A stretch of 64,000 nt of DNA from Lama guanicoe (taxonomy: Eukaryota): contig MU054323.1 in assembly GCA_013239625.1 (NCBI GenBank), positions 7,739,220 through 7,803,219 on the forward strand, given 5' to 3'. This document shows positions 1 to 12,150 of the stretch, piece by piece. The translations under genes and the position numbers were made by a program. The notes below the pieces were generated by a model. That model ran no database searches. It was not told the origin of the DNA and saw only the letters and a list, made by a program, of their open reading frames with translations. Positions within the stretch are counted from its first letter, which is position 1; every line of letters begins with the position of its first letter.

Positions 1-69
1 GTACAACCATTATGATAACCCATTACAATTAGAGGACTCTGTATTCTTTATAAATTCTGGAGTGTCTCT

Positions 70-219
70 CTCTCTCTCTTTTGTTTTGTTTTGACTTGGG
101 GGGAGGTAATTAGGTTTATTTATTTTTATTTATTTTTTCATGGAGGTACTGGGGATTGATGCTCAGGACCCTGTGCGTGCTAAGCACACACTCTTCCACT
201 GAGCTATACCCTCCCTCCT
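70..219 (-). mobile_element. tRNA-derived SINE (camelid Vic-1-like)
   Basis: Minus-strand tRNA-like head GGGTATAGCTCAGTGG, A-rich tail; TSD TGGAGTGTCTCT at 58-69 and 220-231. Confidence 0.85.
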
Positions 220-454
220 TGGAGTGTCTCTTATCTTGAGTAACTGCTGGTTGGGGTCAGGGTGGTGAGGGGAAGGTCATTACTTAGATGACTGGAGAGT
301 TGAATGACTTGCCTAGGGGCATACAGGAGAGGGGCCTCTACAGCCAATTCACCAGTGAGGTCAAGTGCCAGGTGGAATCCAGAAGTGTGAAAAGTGAGCC
401 AGGAAGGTGAGCACTCTGGGTTTTTCTGCTCTTAGCATTCAGAAAGAACTTCTC

Positions 455-824
455 GAAGTAAGTCAGACAGAGACAGACAAATATATGATATCACTTATAT
501 GTGGAATCTAAAAAAAAGTGATACAAATCTTATTTACAAATCAGAAATAGACTCATGGGCATAGAAAACAAACAATGGTTACCAAAGGGAAAGGGCAGGG
601 GAAGGATAAATTAGGAGTTTAGGATTAACAGATACATATTAATACATATAAAACAGATAAACAAGGACCTACTGTATAGCACAGGGGACTATATTCAATA
701 TCTTGTACTAACCTATAATGGAAAAGAATCTGAAAACAATATACATCTATGTAGAACTGAATCGCTTTTCTGTACGCCTGAAACTAACATTGTAAATCAA
801 CTACACTTCAGTTAAAGAAAAAAG
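455..824 (+). mobile_element. 5'-truncated L1 3' end
   Basis: Typical L1 3' UTR (cacttatatgtggaatcta...tgtaaatcaactacacttca plus A tail); TSD AGAAAGAACTTCTC at 441-454 and 825-838. Confidence 0.9.
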
Positions 825-1149
825 AGAAAGAACTTCTCCCTGACTATTCAATTTGTAAACCCCTAGAGTAGGACAGTTCATATCCTGTCTTTTCTCCTCC
901 TCTTGTGCTTTTCTAAATTTGCTGCAGCAGGCAGAGAGTGATATAAAGTATGAGAGGGTTTTTGCTACCAAGTTAATGTGCTCCCTGCCCCCCCAGTTTT
1001 CTCCTTCCCCTCCTGCCTCCTCAGTCATTCTGTCACTAGGCAGCGCTGCACAGCGCAGGGCCTGGTGGAGACCCTGGCACTCATGGGAGGTGGACAGCTG
1101 AGCAGGGTGGCAGCCCTGTAGGGGTCAAGAAATCGGCCACAAACAAGGG

Positions 1150-2327
1150 AATTGGGCAAATAAGTAAAAATATTGGTGTTAATGGGAGCCAGGTTTTCAA
1201 CTGTCACAGAAAGGAGTTATAAATATGAAAAACAGGAACACTGGAATGAACCTTAGATGCTGGGTTGAAATTGGGGCAATGAACTCATCATTAGATTGGT
1301 AGACATGAAATCAATGCAACTGTAAAGTGTGTGCGTATGTGTAACTATGTTCATACTACATACATATATTTTTTCAAGCTCTGTCCATTGAGACTGGGAA
1401 TAGCAACTGCCCTTAGAAATAAGTGTACCATTCTCTACTAAAAGGAACCAGGACTCCTGTGATAAGTCTGGAACATCTTTGTGTGCCAGAAAATAAGGAA
1501 GTGCTCAAAAATTAATGGGAACATTTCAAAAAGTCACAGAAGCCAGTTTGAAAGCACTGCTGCTGACCAAATCTGGGATCATTTGAATATCAAAACAAAT
1601 AATAATAATAATGGATTATAACCAATTGAGTATAATAGGAATCCATGAATCCATATTGATATAAATAAGCAAACCAACAAAACAGATAAGGAGAAGAGAA
1701 AGCAGTTTCTAACAAGCTAGTGCCAACTAACAAATGAAGGAAAAAATGCAATTAAAAGCCATCATTTGGCAACCATATAGCAATAATTAATTCAAGCAGG
1801 AAGTTATCAATGGGCGTTAATATTTTGGGGGAAATTTAGAGGAGTGAGATATTTACATAGTTTCACAGTATTGCCTCATAAAATGCTTATTAATTACAAA
1901 TGGATAAAGAACCCCAGCAGACACCACCTTAATAAATGATCAAAGTTTAAACCTCCACTAATAGGACAAAGCAATGTCATCACGTCCCACCTGATGGGAT
2001 ACAATGAAAGGATCACAGTGTCACTTCTGTGCAGCAGAATGATGTGGGAGACATCAGACAAACCTGACTCAAGGGACAGTCTACAAATTAACTGGCCTAT
2101 AATACTAAAGAATGTTAAGGGTGACATAAAGGTCACGAGTGGACTGAGGAATTCTAGATAGGAGACTAAAGAGACATGACAACTAACCCAACACACGATC
2201 CTGGATTGGATCCTTTTGCTGTAAAGGTCATTCCTGGGACAGCTGGCAAAGCTTGAATGGGGTCTCTTGGCTAAGAGTATATGCAAGTTCTTAGTGATTC
2301 TTGCAACTATTCTGTGAGTTTTAAATC
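1150..2327 (+). mobile_element. Old L1 (L1MC/L1ME-like) 3' region
   Basis: Diagnostic segments such as gagacatgacaactaa...gatcctggattggatcct; boundaries approximate. Confidence 0.65.
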
Positions 2328-2413
2328 TTTTTTTTCAGTGGAGGTACTGGGGATTGAACCCAAGACCATTGCATACTAAGTATGCGTTCTGTCACAGAGC
2401 TATACCATCCCTC
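2328..2413 (-). mobile_element. Short tRNA-derived SINE copy
   Basis: ggaggtactggggattgaaccca...gagctatacc; TSD TGAGTTTTAAATC at 2315-2327 and 2414-2426. Confidence 0.85.
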
Positions 2414-3179
2414 TGAGTTTTAAATCATTTAAATACAAATAAACACAACAAAAAATGTAAATAGTGCGTCTGACTAACAAGCCCTAGTGCCTTCCAGGCC
2501 CCGCTTGCCTGCTGACCATTTGTGTGACTTTCAGGAAACCACTTTCCTTTTCTGGGTCTACTTCTCCTTATTGCAAAATGGAAGCCTTGGATGTTAACAA
2601 ATAATCACTTTGGTTTTCTAGCCCAAACGAGGTAGCTGCCCCTGGTCCCTCTATCCAGTGGTGAGGAAGGGCCATGTGGTTGCGCACCAGGGCTCCAGGG
2701 GCTCCCAGGTGCCCCCAGGTGGCTCTGTGCCCTCTGCCTCTCCACCCTGGAGCTCAGCCCTGGTGTTGACACAGGCAGGTGCCCCTGTGCTGGTGCTGGA
2801 AGGGCAGGCCCACCGTGAGCATGACTCAGAACCACACATGGCTGCCAACGAGATTCTCAGACTTGAGTGAGTGTTGACTGGAATCACCTGGAGGTGCTCC
2901 TTTCAAATGGAGATTCCTGGCAAGTCTCCCTAACACTGACTTAAAGCCCGGAGGTTTGTCCGGCACCATTAGAAGTCTGGAAGTGGACAGAGCCAAGCAG
3001 TGCAGCAGCACATACCCTGCCAGGGACTCGGGTCTCCCGCTTTCTCCACTCCGTCACGCTTTCCCTGTTGTGCTTGTTGCCTGACGGTTGCCATGTGGCT
3101 GCTGCTCCTTGAACACGCCTGACACCTCTCACCCATGACGTCTGCATTCGTTTCTGTTCTCCTAGAGTCCACTTCCTTA

Positions 3180-3510
3180 CCTCTTTCAGCAATTTGCTTC
3201 GCTGTCACCTTCTTAGTAAGGGCTTTAAAGCTGCACCCCTCCCTCACCTCCATCACCACCACCATCAATACCTAGAACTCCCCATCTCCCTTCTCTGTTT
3301 TTCTTGGCCGCATACACTTGGCCATCAGACATGCAGTAGTTTTGAGTTGTTGTTGTTGTTGTTTGATGTCTTTCTCCCCATTCTATGTTAGCATTATGAA
3401 GACAGGGACTTCTGCCTGCTCTGTTCACTGCTGTATTGCCAGCACTTAGAACGGTACTTGGAATATATGGGTAAAAGGAGCTCAATAAATACTTGTTCAA
3501 TGAAAGAATG
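3180..3510 (+). mobile_element. L2 3' end
   Basis: ctgttcactgctgtattgccagcacttagaac...gctcaataaatacttgttcaatgaa terminus. Confidence 0.7.
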
Positions 3511-5572
3511 TACTTCAGGAAGTGCATTTGAAATCTAGGCAGGTAGAGGACATGGGAAGAGGTGAAATGGATAATGTTTATATCAAGAAAAAAAAAACAT
3601 TTCTAGAAACCCTAGCCGGCTTCCACTTCCATCTCCTCAGCCAAAACCATACCACATGGCTCCCCATTGCTGTAAGGGAGTCTGGGAATATGAGTATTTT
3701 CAGTTGGGTGCACTGCCCTCCTGAACAAAATAATTTTGCAAGTAAGGAAGAAAGGAAGCATGGATATTGGAAAGGCAACCTGTGGAGTCCATCACATGGA
3801 TCTATCCTGGACCTAATGAAGCAGAATCTCTGAGGGTGGTAATTTTGGTGCAGGTGATCTGTTGTAAGAAAAATGGCCACGGGGAAAAAAAAAAAAAAGG
3901 ATGAGCCCAGAGCAAGTTTTTCTTAAGCCATCCGGGGTGATGGATACACTGGACGGGAACATCTGTTTTGTTGACTACTCAAAGCACATTTCACACCCAC
4001 TGGTACCCTCATCAACTTTTTTAAGGAATATCTTTATTTTTTACCACCACCACCCTGTACACACATGGTTACAGCAGTAGGACTCCTGGCGGTCTTGTTC
4101 ATGTATCATGTTCCCACCCACCTGCCTCAAACCACTGAATCGGAATTACATTGCCATGAATTTGGCCTTGGGAATGAGATTCTAAGTCTCTCTGAGTGAC
4201 TGGATTATGTGAACAGAGCTGCCGGCAGATGGACTTTCTGTCACCAACTGGAGCAGCTGAGGAAAGAGCATGAACCCACACACAGAAGGGAGAAGGGCGG
4301 TCAGATAGAGAGGGTCTTTGTGGGATCTGAGTCCCTGGTACCAGGTTGTTCCTGAGGTCTGGCCCTGTCCTTGCCCTTGGAGTCCACAGCAGGCTTCTGT
4401 CTCTTTAGTTTATTCTGGCCAGCTTAAATGAATCTTTAGTAGTGGCCAAGAGTTCTAACTAACACACACCCCAGGCCCTTGGCATCTGAAAACAGAAAGA
4501 AGTCACTCGGTGGAGATCAGACACCCAACCTTGACAGAAGAGAAACATGGCAGTTGCCTTGTCAACAAGCAAGCTGTTCCACCCAGCCAAAGGTGACTTC
4601 CTGCCCTCTGGCTGTTCTGCAGCACTCTAGAACCCTGTATCTCAGCCACACAAGTAAGCCCACAGCTAATGAGAAGAGTGAGTGCTTTTTAAATAGGACC
4701 TCAAGGTTATGGATCTGGAGATTTGGTTTTACTCTCACCACCTGCCCTTGTGACCCTGGCTTGCACTGCCTGTAAAACACGTAGGGTCCCTATCAGTTCT
4801 GATGGGCCAGACAGATGAGGCCCAGAATCAAAAGATATGAAGTCCGGTTCCATTGCTAACCACACATCTTTAGCCAAGTTAATTTCCCTAAATCTCATCC
4901 GTAAACCAGTGACGATCATTCCCACCTGGGAGAATTAAATGACCATGTGTGTGTAAGGTACCCAACACAACACCTGGCAAGTCCCTCTCCAGCAGCAGAG
5001 CCCCGGAACTCTGTTAGAACTCAGTGCTGGAGCCCAGCGCAGAGGCAGAACACCCCTGCAGGAAAACCATTAGTGCCCCAGTGGGCGCACGGCCGTCCCT
5101 TGTGCACCAGGCTTACCTCAGTGCTTTCCCAGGAGTCAGAGGCTTCGTGTTTGTTTTTTAGCAGCAGCTACTTCTCATTTCCTGTAAGATCTCCATGCTA
5201 CAGGGAGCCGACAGCTAGAACCCAGAGGGAGGGAAAGAGGCCTGGGAAGAGAGGGTAAGGGGAAGCTAGTCTTTAATTATTTTCACTCAGCACCCACCAT
5301 GCGCCAGGCATATCTATGTGCTTTAAACACATTATTGCCTGTTTTAATCTCTCTTGGCTGATACGTGGAGGAGACGGGGCAGAGCTGTCAAATGATACTG
5401 ACAGCTAATCTGGACAGCATATAGGCAGTTCTGAAATCTGCTAATAGCTCAGAATTAACTGGGAGGGGACCACCAGCCTAGAACACAAACAGTGCTGCTG
5501 TAGCTTGAACACAGACTTCAGACCAGAGCCTGAGCCCTGCCCCTCAGCACTGCTGGTCAGACAGAGATCCCT

Positions 5573-5578
5573 TTTATT
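5573..5578 (-). terminator. Second, more distal AATAAA candidate
   Basis: tttatt on + strand; downstream element less obvious. Confidence 0.4.
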
Positions 5579-5756
5579 GAGCAGCCAGTTCTTTTCCGAG
5601 GTGCTGATAACTGCAGCTGGGCTCCAAATACTCTTGAACCCCTCTTGGAAAAAAACAGGAAGAGAGAGAAGGGAGAAGATAAAAAAAGAAAAGAAAAGTA
5701 GAAAGAATCAAAGGGAAGAGAAGTCAGGCAACCAATTCTGTAACGATACTCATTCC

Positions 5757-5762
5757 TTTATT
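5757..5762 (-). terminator. Poly(A) signal AATAAA (best candidate)
   Basis: tttatt on + strand; on the minus strand it is followed by a long U/C-rich downstream element (about 5650-5720). Confidence 0.7.
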
Positions 5763-8014
5763 ATCGACTGTGTTAATTTGAACAGGGCTGGGGCCTGCGG
5801 GCTGCTGGACGCACTGGGCCGCAGGTGCACTTCAGCTCAACAGAGAATCTCATCCTAAGCCAAGGAGACAGAGGGTAATGTTTTATATATATATATTTAT
5901 ATATTACATATGTCCGGTATAGTCATGTGTTTAGAGTGACAAGGATGGGCCACTGCATTATTAATTTTTGTCCTAAATAAAGACCATAGCAACAGACATG
6001 GAAATTTGGTCCTAACCAAGGCCCTCACTTTGTCAATCAAATGTTCGAAACATCAAAAGGAAAAGAAGAGAGAGAGACAGAGACAGAGAGACTGAGATCC
6101 AGCCACCCCAGTGGCCCTGTTCCCAGCATATCTTACACTGAGTGTAGAGTGTCCCCTGTGGAGGTAAACACACACACAAACACGCACACACATACACACG
6201 TACACAAAACTGCAGGCAGGAGCTCCTCCTCTGACCACACCTTGGGTCCAGCCCTCAGACTGGGGATGGGGAAGTTGGGTATATTGTGCTATAATAAGAC
6301 TGTGAGGGTCACGTGACCAGAAAATGCAGAGTCGATGTGCCCAAGTGATGAACGGGGGTAACACGTGCAGCTTCATCCACAAACGAGAAAGAGGTCAGTG
6401 GGAGAGGCTGCTCAACGCAGGCTCGGAGGTCCCTCTGCGCCCAGGCCACCTGGGCGACTTCTACACACCACTCCTGTCCCAGCCACAGCTGAACCTCTGA
6501 TCTGAATCCTGAGTCTCAAAAAATCTCTTGGGCTCTGATGAAAAATGTTCTTTCCTTGAAGGACAGGAGCAAGTGGTAACTGAGTTGTCATAGCAGTTAC
6601 AGCAGAAACGACAGCATCATTGAATTAAACCAAACCATAGCTTGGTCCTTAGAGCAGAACTTGAACTGTGCAAGAAGGGTTCATTTCCTGATGGAAAGAG
6701 AACAAGCAGGTAATTGAACCCCATCGCCAACTCCACACACCAAATTCCAGGTGGATCTGTCAGTTTCATGCCTTTACCCCTATGCCTAAACTCCTCGTAT
6801 TCTAGGAACTGGAGGCTCCCACTATTAGGGCATTTTGAAATCCTAAACCACTTGTTTTTGTTCATGATTACCTCTCCACCCTTCCATCAAAATACACACT
6901 TAAAAACTAAGTCAATGAAAATTAAATCTCTCTCCTTTTTTTGTAGAAATTTACTCGAGATACCTGGAGACATCTTGGGATGTCACAAAGGAAAGTGAAG
7001 AGTACTTCCCTAGCGACCAATTTGCACAACACTGAAGAAAGGGTCGGTCTTTTCAACAAAACAGTGCCCAACAAACGTGATTCAGAAACAGGGGTGATAG
7101 GCAGAGTTGGCAGGCTGTGTCTGGGTCTTCATCTCCTGCTCTCAATGATGGGAAGAGCCACAGATTCCGATATGTCTGTTTAGCCAGGGGGACAATGACA
7201 CTGATCCCTCCCACTGAACTGGGATCCTGGCAGCTGCAGGGAAAATGACAAAAGCAGGAAGGAGCAGCATCTCGAAGATGGGGAGTTGGCCTGACTGCTG
7301 GTCGGCCAAAGTTACTTCTCAGAGGGGACAGAAACAAAGGGACCCGGAAGAGGGACTTCCCTTGATGACTGTCCATGTTGTCTCCATGACTGTTCCATTT
7401 CCTGCAGGTCCCCAGGAGGCAGCAACTGCTCAGTTCACAATTCCCATCCATGAGTTGGGAAGGTGGGCAGGAAGCAGTTTGGGAAGCTATGAGTTCTTGC
7501 CAAAGCTGAATGGCATGGGCTGTGTGGATGAGGTCACTGAAGTCCTTGAAAAGGAGCCCAAGAAGCCGAAAGAGGTTTGAGGCCCAGAAGGTGGCCAGCA
7601 GGGCTCTCTCCGCCGGGAGCACAAGCTCAACACCATCAGGACAGACGTCTCTTGTCCTCAGTGGTCACCTGGCATTTTTCTAGTCCTAGAAAGTGCTCAG
7701 GAGCTGCTCACCGTCAGCATAGGAGGAGATGGAGATTATGGAGAGAGCCAGGTAGAAAAAGTACCCTCTTCTCAGGTACTGGACGCCTTCCTTCTGGGGG
7801 GCAAGTGACAGGGAGGAGCCCGAGGTGTGACTGGGGCAGGGGGGTCTAAAGTCAGAGAAAAGGAGGCTAGACGGTGACCCCGGCAGGCTCAGGCGAGGGC
7901 ATCTCTCCCACACGAACTCAGCTCCACGAATAAATAACATTAATTAAATAAAGGAGGCTAAGAAGGGCTGGCAGTGGCACGGACTGCCAGGTTCTACCCT
8001 CCTCACACCTATGC

Positions 8015-8053
8015 ACACACACATGCACACGCACACACACACACACACGCACA
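8015..8053. repeat. Imperfect (CA)n/(TG)n microsatellite in the 3' UTR
   Basis: Directly visible; a second imperfect one lies at about 6168-6205. Confidence 0.9.
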
Positions 8054-8132
8054 CCGAGCGGCAGGCGAGATGGTCCAGGGTTGGCTGCCCCCATCCCCGG
8101 AGTCGCTGGATGGGCAGCCTGGCTGAGGGCTG

Positions 8133-8226
8133 TCACTCGTGGTCTAGCACTGTCGTGGGGTGCAGAGCGGCGGAGGCCAGCGAGGCGTGTGTGGTGGAAG
8201 GTGGGGGCCGCTGAGGACTCTGGCAC
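8133..8226 (-). CDS. KIF3C: KIF3C last coding exon, coding part ([10 protein letters not shown]...VLDHE*)
   Basis: Acceptor ctacag|G completes a TGG codon; TGA stop at 8135-8133. Confidence 0.95.
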
Positions 8227-8455
8227 CTGTAGCGGGTGGGGATGAGATGGGTGAGAGGGGAGGTTGGGGAAGTGCAGGAAGCAGGAAAGTGAGGACTTTC
8301 CTTTCCCTCATCCTGTCACTGTAGGATGTCGGCCAACAGCTCCAGTTATCACCCTCCCTTCATGCCCTTTGAGTACAACCAAAACCCTCCTTAGCCTCAA
8401 CCAGCCACCTGGTTTCCACGCCTTCTAAGTCCACTCTGACCATGATGGTACTGAC

Positions 8456-8628
8456 CAGGATCTGGACTTTCGGACTTTAGACGTGGATGGTCTTTCCAGA
8501 AAGCTGTCCAACCGCATGAGTCTCTCCATATGCAGCGCACGGGGGTCTTGATCTGGGTCATGAGAGAATTCCATCTCAAAGACAGCTGGAGGGGACACAT
8601 CCAACTCCAGAAACATGATGTTTTCAGC
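8456..8628 (-). CDS. KIF3C: KIF3C coding exon 7 ([10 protein letters not shown]...KVRKSRS)
   Basis: Acceptor ccacag|GCT, donor CTG|GTCAGT; 173 nt; continues the RYR|AENI tail motif. Confidence 0.95.
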
Positions 8629-8801
8629 CTGTGGTGGGAATACCAAATGTGAGCAGTGGTCCTGATGACTGCATTTTCCAGGCACTTGGTAAATAATGGG
8701 AGTAGCAAGGGTGATGAGGCAGGAAGAGGAAGTGGAGGTTGTGAGCATCACCTCCCCTGGGTTCTCTCTCCCCTCCCTCCATCCACTTCCGAGCTTCTTA
8801 C

Positions 8802-8910
8802 CCTGTACCTGGGGTGGGACCCCATTGCCATGGCAACCCGAGCATACTGGCTGATAGGCCTCTTGTAGCCCACTGCAGATGTTGGCCGCTTCTTCATTTG
8901 GCTGTTACTG
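8802..8910 (-). CDS. KIF3C: KIF3C coding exon 6 ([18 protein letters not shown]...HPRYR)
   Basis: Acceptor ctccag|C (tandem alternatives exist, see findings), donor AGG|GTAAGA; 109 nt; kinesin-2 tail [11 protein letters not shown] motif. Confidence 0.94.
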
Positions 8911-9289
8911 CTGGAGGGAAGAGGCTACATCAAAACAGATTTCCTCCAAACACACAAGGAAAATGACATCATAATGGATTAACTATCATCCAGGTAGTCA
9001 CAGGGCCCTGCAGACTGCGGGGTCTGGAATTTTCTTCTCTTTGTTCTAATACAACCTGACAACTCAAACCTCGTGTAACACAAGGAGACACATATTCCTT
9101 CACTCTCCTTGTTTCAATTTTTCCCCACAGTGAAAAGGTCTGACTGAAGGCTAGAATGAAGAAAGGAAATCCAATCTTACTTTAGCTGTCAGACTCATAG
9201 ACTGATTTCACACACTATATAAAACCATTAATTAGTGGTTCTGCTTTTTGACTTTCCTTCATAGGAGCAAACAAAAAATTGACTAGAAA

Positions 9290-10945
9290 TGCAGGCTTGA
9301 AATACAAAAATTCCAAAATAGCCAAAACAATCTTAAAAAGAACAGAGGTAGAGGATTCACATTTCCAAGTCTCAAAACTTATCACAAAACAACAGTAATT
9401 CAGGCTGTGTGATACTGACATAAGGACAGACATATGGATCAGTGAAATAGAATTGAGTCTAGAAATAAACCCTTATATTTACAATCAATCGATTCTCTAT
9501 AAGGGTACCAAGGCCATTCAATGGGGGAATGAACAGTCTCTTCAACAAACGGTACAGGAACAACTGGATATCCACAGGCAAAAAAAAAAAAAAAAAGACT
9601 CTTACCTTGTAGTATATATAAAATAACTCAAAACTAATCATAGACTTGAATGTAAGAGCTAAAACTATAAAACACATAGAAAAAAAAAACAGAGGAATAA
9701 ATCTTCATGTCCTCAGGGTAGGCAATAGTTCTATAGATATGAGATCAAAAGCTCAAGCATTGTAATAACTTATAGTGAAAAAAATTTAAAAGAATATATG
9801 TGTATAACTGAATCACTATGCTGTATACCAGAAACTAACACAATACTGTAAATCAACTATACTTCAATTTAAAAAAAATCTCAAGCAACCGAGGAAAAAC
9901 ATAGACGAATAGGACTTCATTGAAACTAAAAACTTTGGTGCTTCAAAGGAAATCATAAAGAAAGTGAAACAACCACCTATAAAGTGGGAGAAATTATTTG
10001 CAAATCAAGTATGTGATAAAGGACTTGTATCCAGAATATATAAATATCTCTTACAAATCAACAATAAAAAGACAAATAACTCAATTTAAAAATGCTCAAA
10101 GGATCTGGATAGTCATTTCTCCAAAGAAGATATACAAATGGCCAATAAGCACATAAAAAGATGCTCAACATTGTTAGTCATTATGGAAATGCAAATCAAA
10201 ACCACAATGACATACCACTTCACAGCCACTAGGATGACTATAATTAAAGAAGATACAAGAATACAGGTTGGTGAAGACAGACAGAAACTAGAACCTTTAT
10301 ACATTGTTGGTGGGAACATAAATGATACAGCCACTTTGGAAACAGTTTGGCAGTTCTTCAAAAAGTTAAACATAGACTCACCATATGACCTAAGAGTACT
10401 AGATATATAGTCAAGAGAACTGAAAACATATGCCCACACAAAAACTTGTATATGATTGTTCATAGAAGCATTATTCATAATAGCCAAAAAGTGGAAATAA
10501 CCCAAATCACCATCAACTAATGAATAAATAAAATATGGTATATCCATAGAGTGGAATATTATTTGGCAACAAAAAGGAATGAAGGACTGATACATGATAC
10601 AACATGGACAAACCTTGAAAACATTTTGCCGAGTAAAAGACAGACACAAGAGTATATGTTGCATGATTCCATTCATATGAAGTATCTGGATCAGGTAGTC
10701 CACAGAGACAGAAAGTAGACTGGTGGTGTTTCTAGGGGTGGGGACATTGGGGAGAATGAGGAGTGACTGCTAACAGATTTGGGGTTTCTTTCTGGAGGGA
10801 TGAAATGTTCAGGAAATACATAATGGTGATGTTATATAACTCTGTGAATATACTAAAATCCACTGAATTATGCACTTCAAAATGGTGAGTTTTATGATAT
10901 GTGAATTACATCTCAATAAAGCTATTATTTCTAAAACAAATGAAA
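9290..10945 (+). mobile_element. L1 ORF2 3' part and 3' UTR (L1MB-like) with a nested younger L1 tail at about 9760-9879
   Basis: Degenerate ORF2 C-terminal peptides ([29 protein letters not shown]); ends atctcaataaagc; the nested tail is flanked by CTCAAGCA repeats. Confidence 0.88.
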
Positions 10946-10949
10946 CAAA

Positions 10950-12150
10950 ACTCAGGTTTGGCTTTTAAAAAGTGCATGTTCTCTGATCCAAATTCCCACT
11001 CCTGGGAATTTTCTTAAGGAAATAATCAGAGATGGGGACAAAATTTTATAAGCAGGGATGTTTGCTGCAATATTACTTACAAATGCAAACAATTAGAAAC
11101 AACCCCAAAGTGTACCAATATGGACAAGTTAAATTATTATTTACCCATGTGAGGGAATATTATGTAGTCATTAAAATCATTTCATGGCTCTATGTAGACA
11201 TGAAAAGGTTTCCACAACATGTTAAGTAAAAAAGCAGATAAAATGTAGTTTTATTTTAAAGAGGTGTGTGTACACGTGTGGATGCTTAGAAAAAGTCTGG
11301 ATACTCAACAAAATGTTAACAGTTATTGTGTTTTTGGATGGTGTGATTATGGGTGATTTTTAATTATCATCATATTATGCCTTTCTGAAATATTTAAATT
11401 TTTTATAATGAATATGTATAATTTTATGTCTAATAAATTATTTCCAATATGCAGAAAAGCATAGAAAAATATATATATATCTTCATGCCTACATCCAGCT
11501 TTGTTAAATCTTACTTAACACCAAATATTTTTTAAGAAATAAAATGCAGGCAGAATTTTTAAGATTCCCATCTCTCTCCTTCCCCAAAGTTAATTACTCT
11601 CTTGAGTTTGGTGCTTATCAATATCATGCATATTTGTATACTTATTTATATATGTGGATATTCATAAAAATATATATGGTATTTGTATGCCTATTTCTAA
11701 ATTTTTTACTCTACAGTATACATACTACTTTTTTTGTGGTCAACAAACATGTTTTCTACATTTATACATGCCACTCTAGATTAGATTATTAAAGTTTAAC
11801 TACATTGATTATCTTAAGGTTTCAATATAGCATCTTATATATATATTTTTTATATATATTCTTGTTGATGGACATCTAGGTCAATTCCTTTTTTTCACCC
11901 TTTCTATTTAACACAATGCTATGGTGAACATTTCTGCACAAGTATCTTCAAGTACATATTCAATAGTTTCCCTGGGGTATATACCCAGAAATGGAATGGT
12001 TCCAATGTGCATTTTCCACTTACTAGATAAGGCCAAATTGCTTTTCAAAGAGGCTATACCCATGACAAAGTTTCCATTGCTCTATATCCTAGCCAAAGGT
12101 ATGTTAGATTTTTTACTTTCAGCAACTTTGTGGGTCTGAGGTATTTTATT
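10950..12150. mobile_element. Two old L1ME-like fragments in opposite orientations
   Basis: The + piece (aattcccactcctgggaatt) runs to about 11420; a minus piece follows (ggggtatatacccagaaatggaat). Confidence 0.6.

Larger units (their letters stand above)
5735..8132 (-). other. KIF3C: KIF3C 3' UTR (about 2.4 kb; end inferred)
   Basis: Repeat-poor sequence after the stop codon, ending at an AATAAA followed by a U-rich tract. Confidence 0.7.

Noticed and set aside
140..215. tRNA-like sequence (also at about 2340, 53845 and 61865)
   Set aside because: SINE heads with tails and flanking direct repeats, not tRNA genes.
7053..7622. 189-aa ORF in the KIF3C 3' UTR
   Set aside because: No recognisable homology, domain or splice context; it lies within the UTR.
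10113..10703. 196-aa hydrophobic minus-strand ORF
   Set aside because: Antisense of A-rich L1 ORF2/3' UTR sequence; a common artefact.
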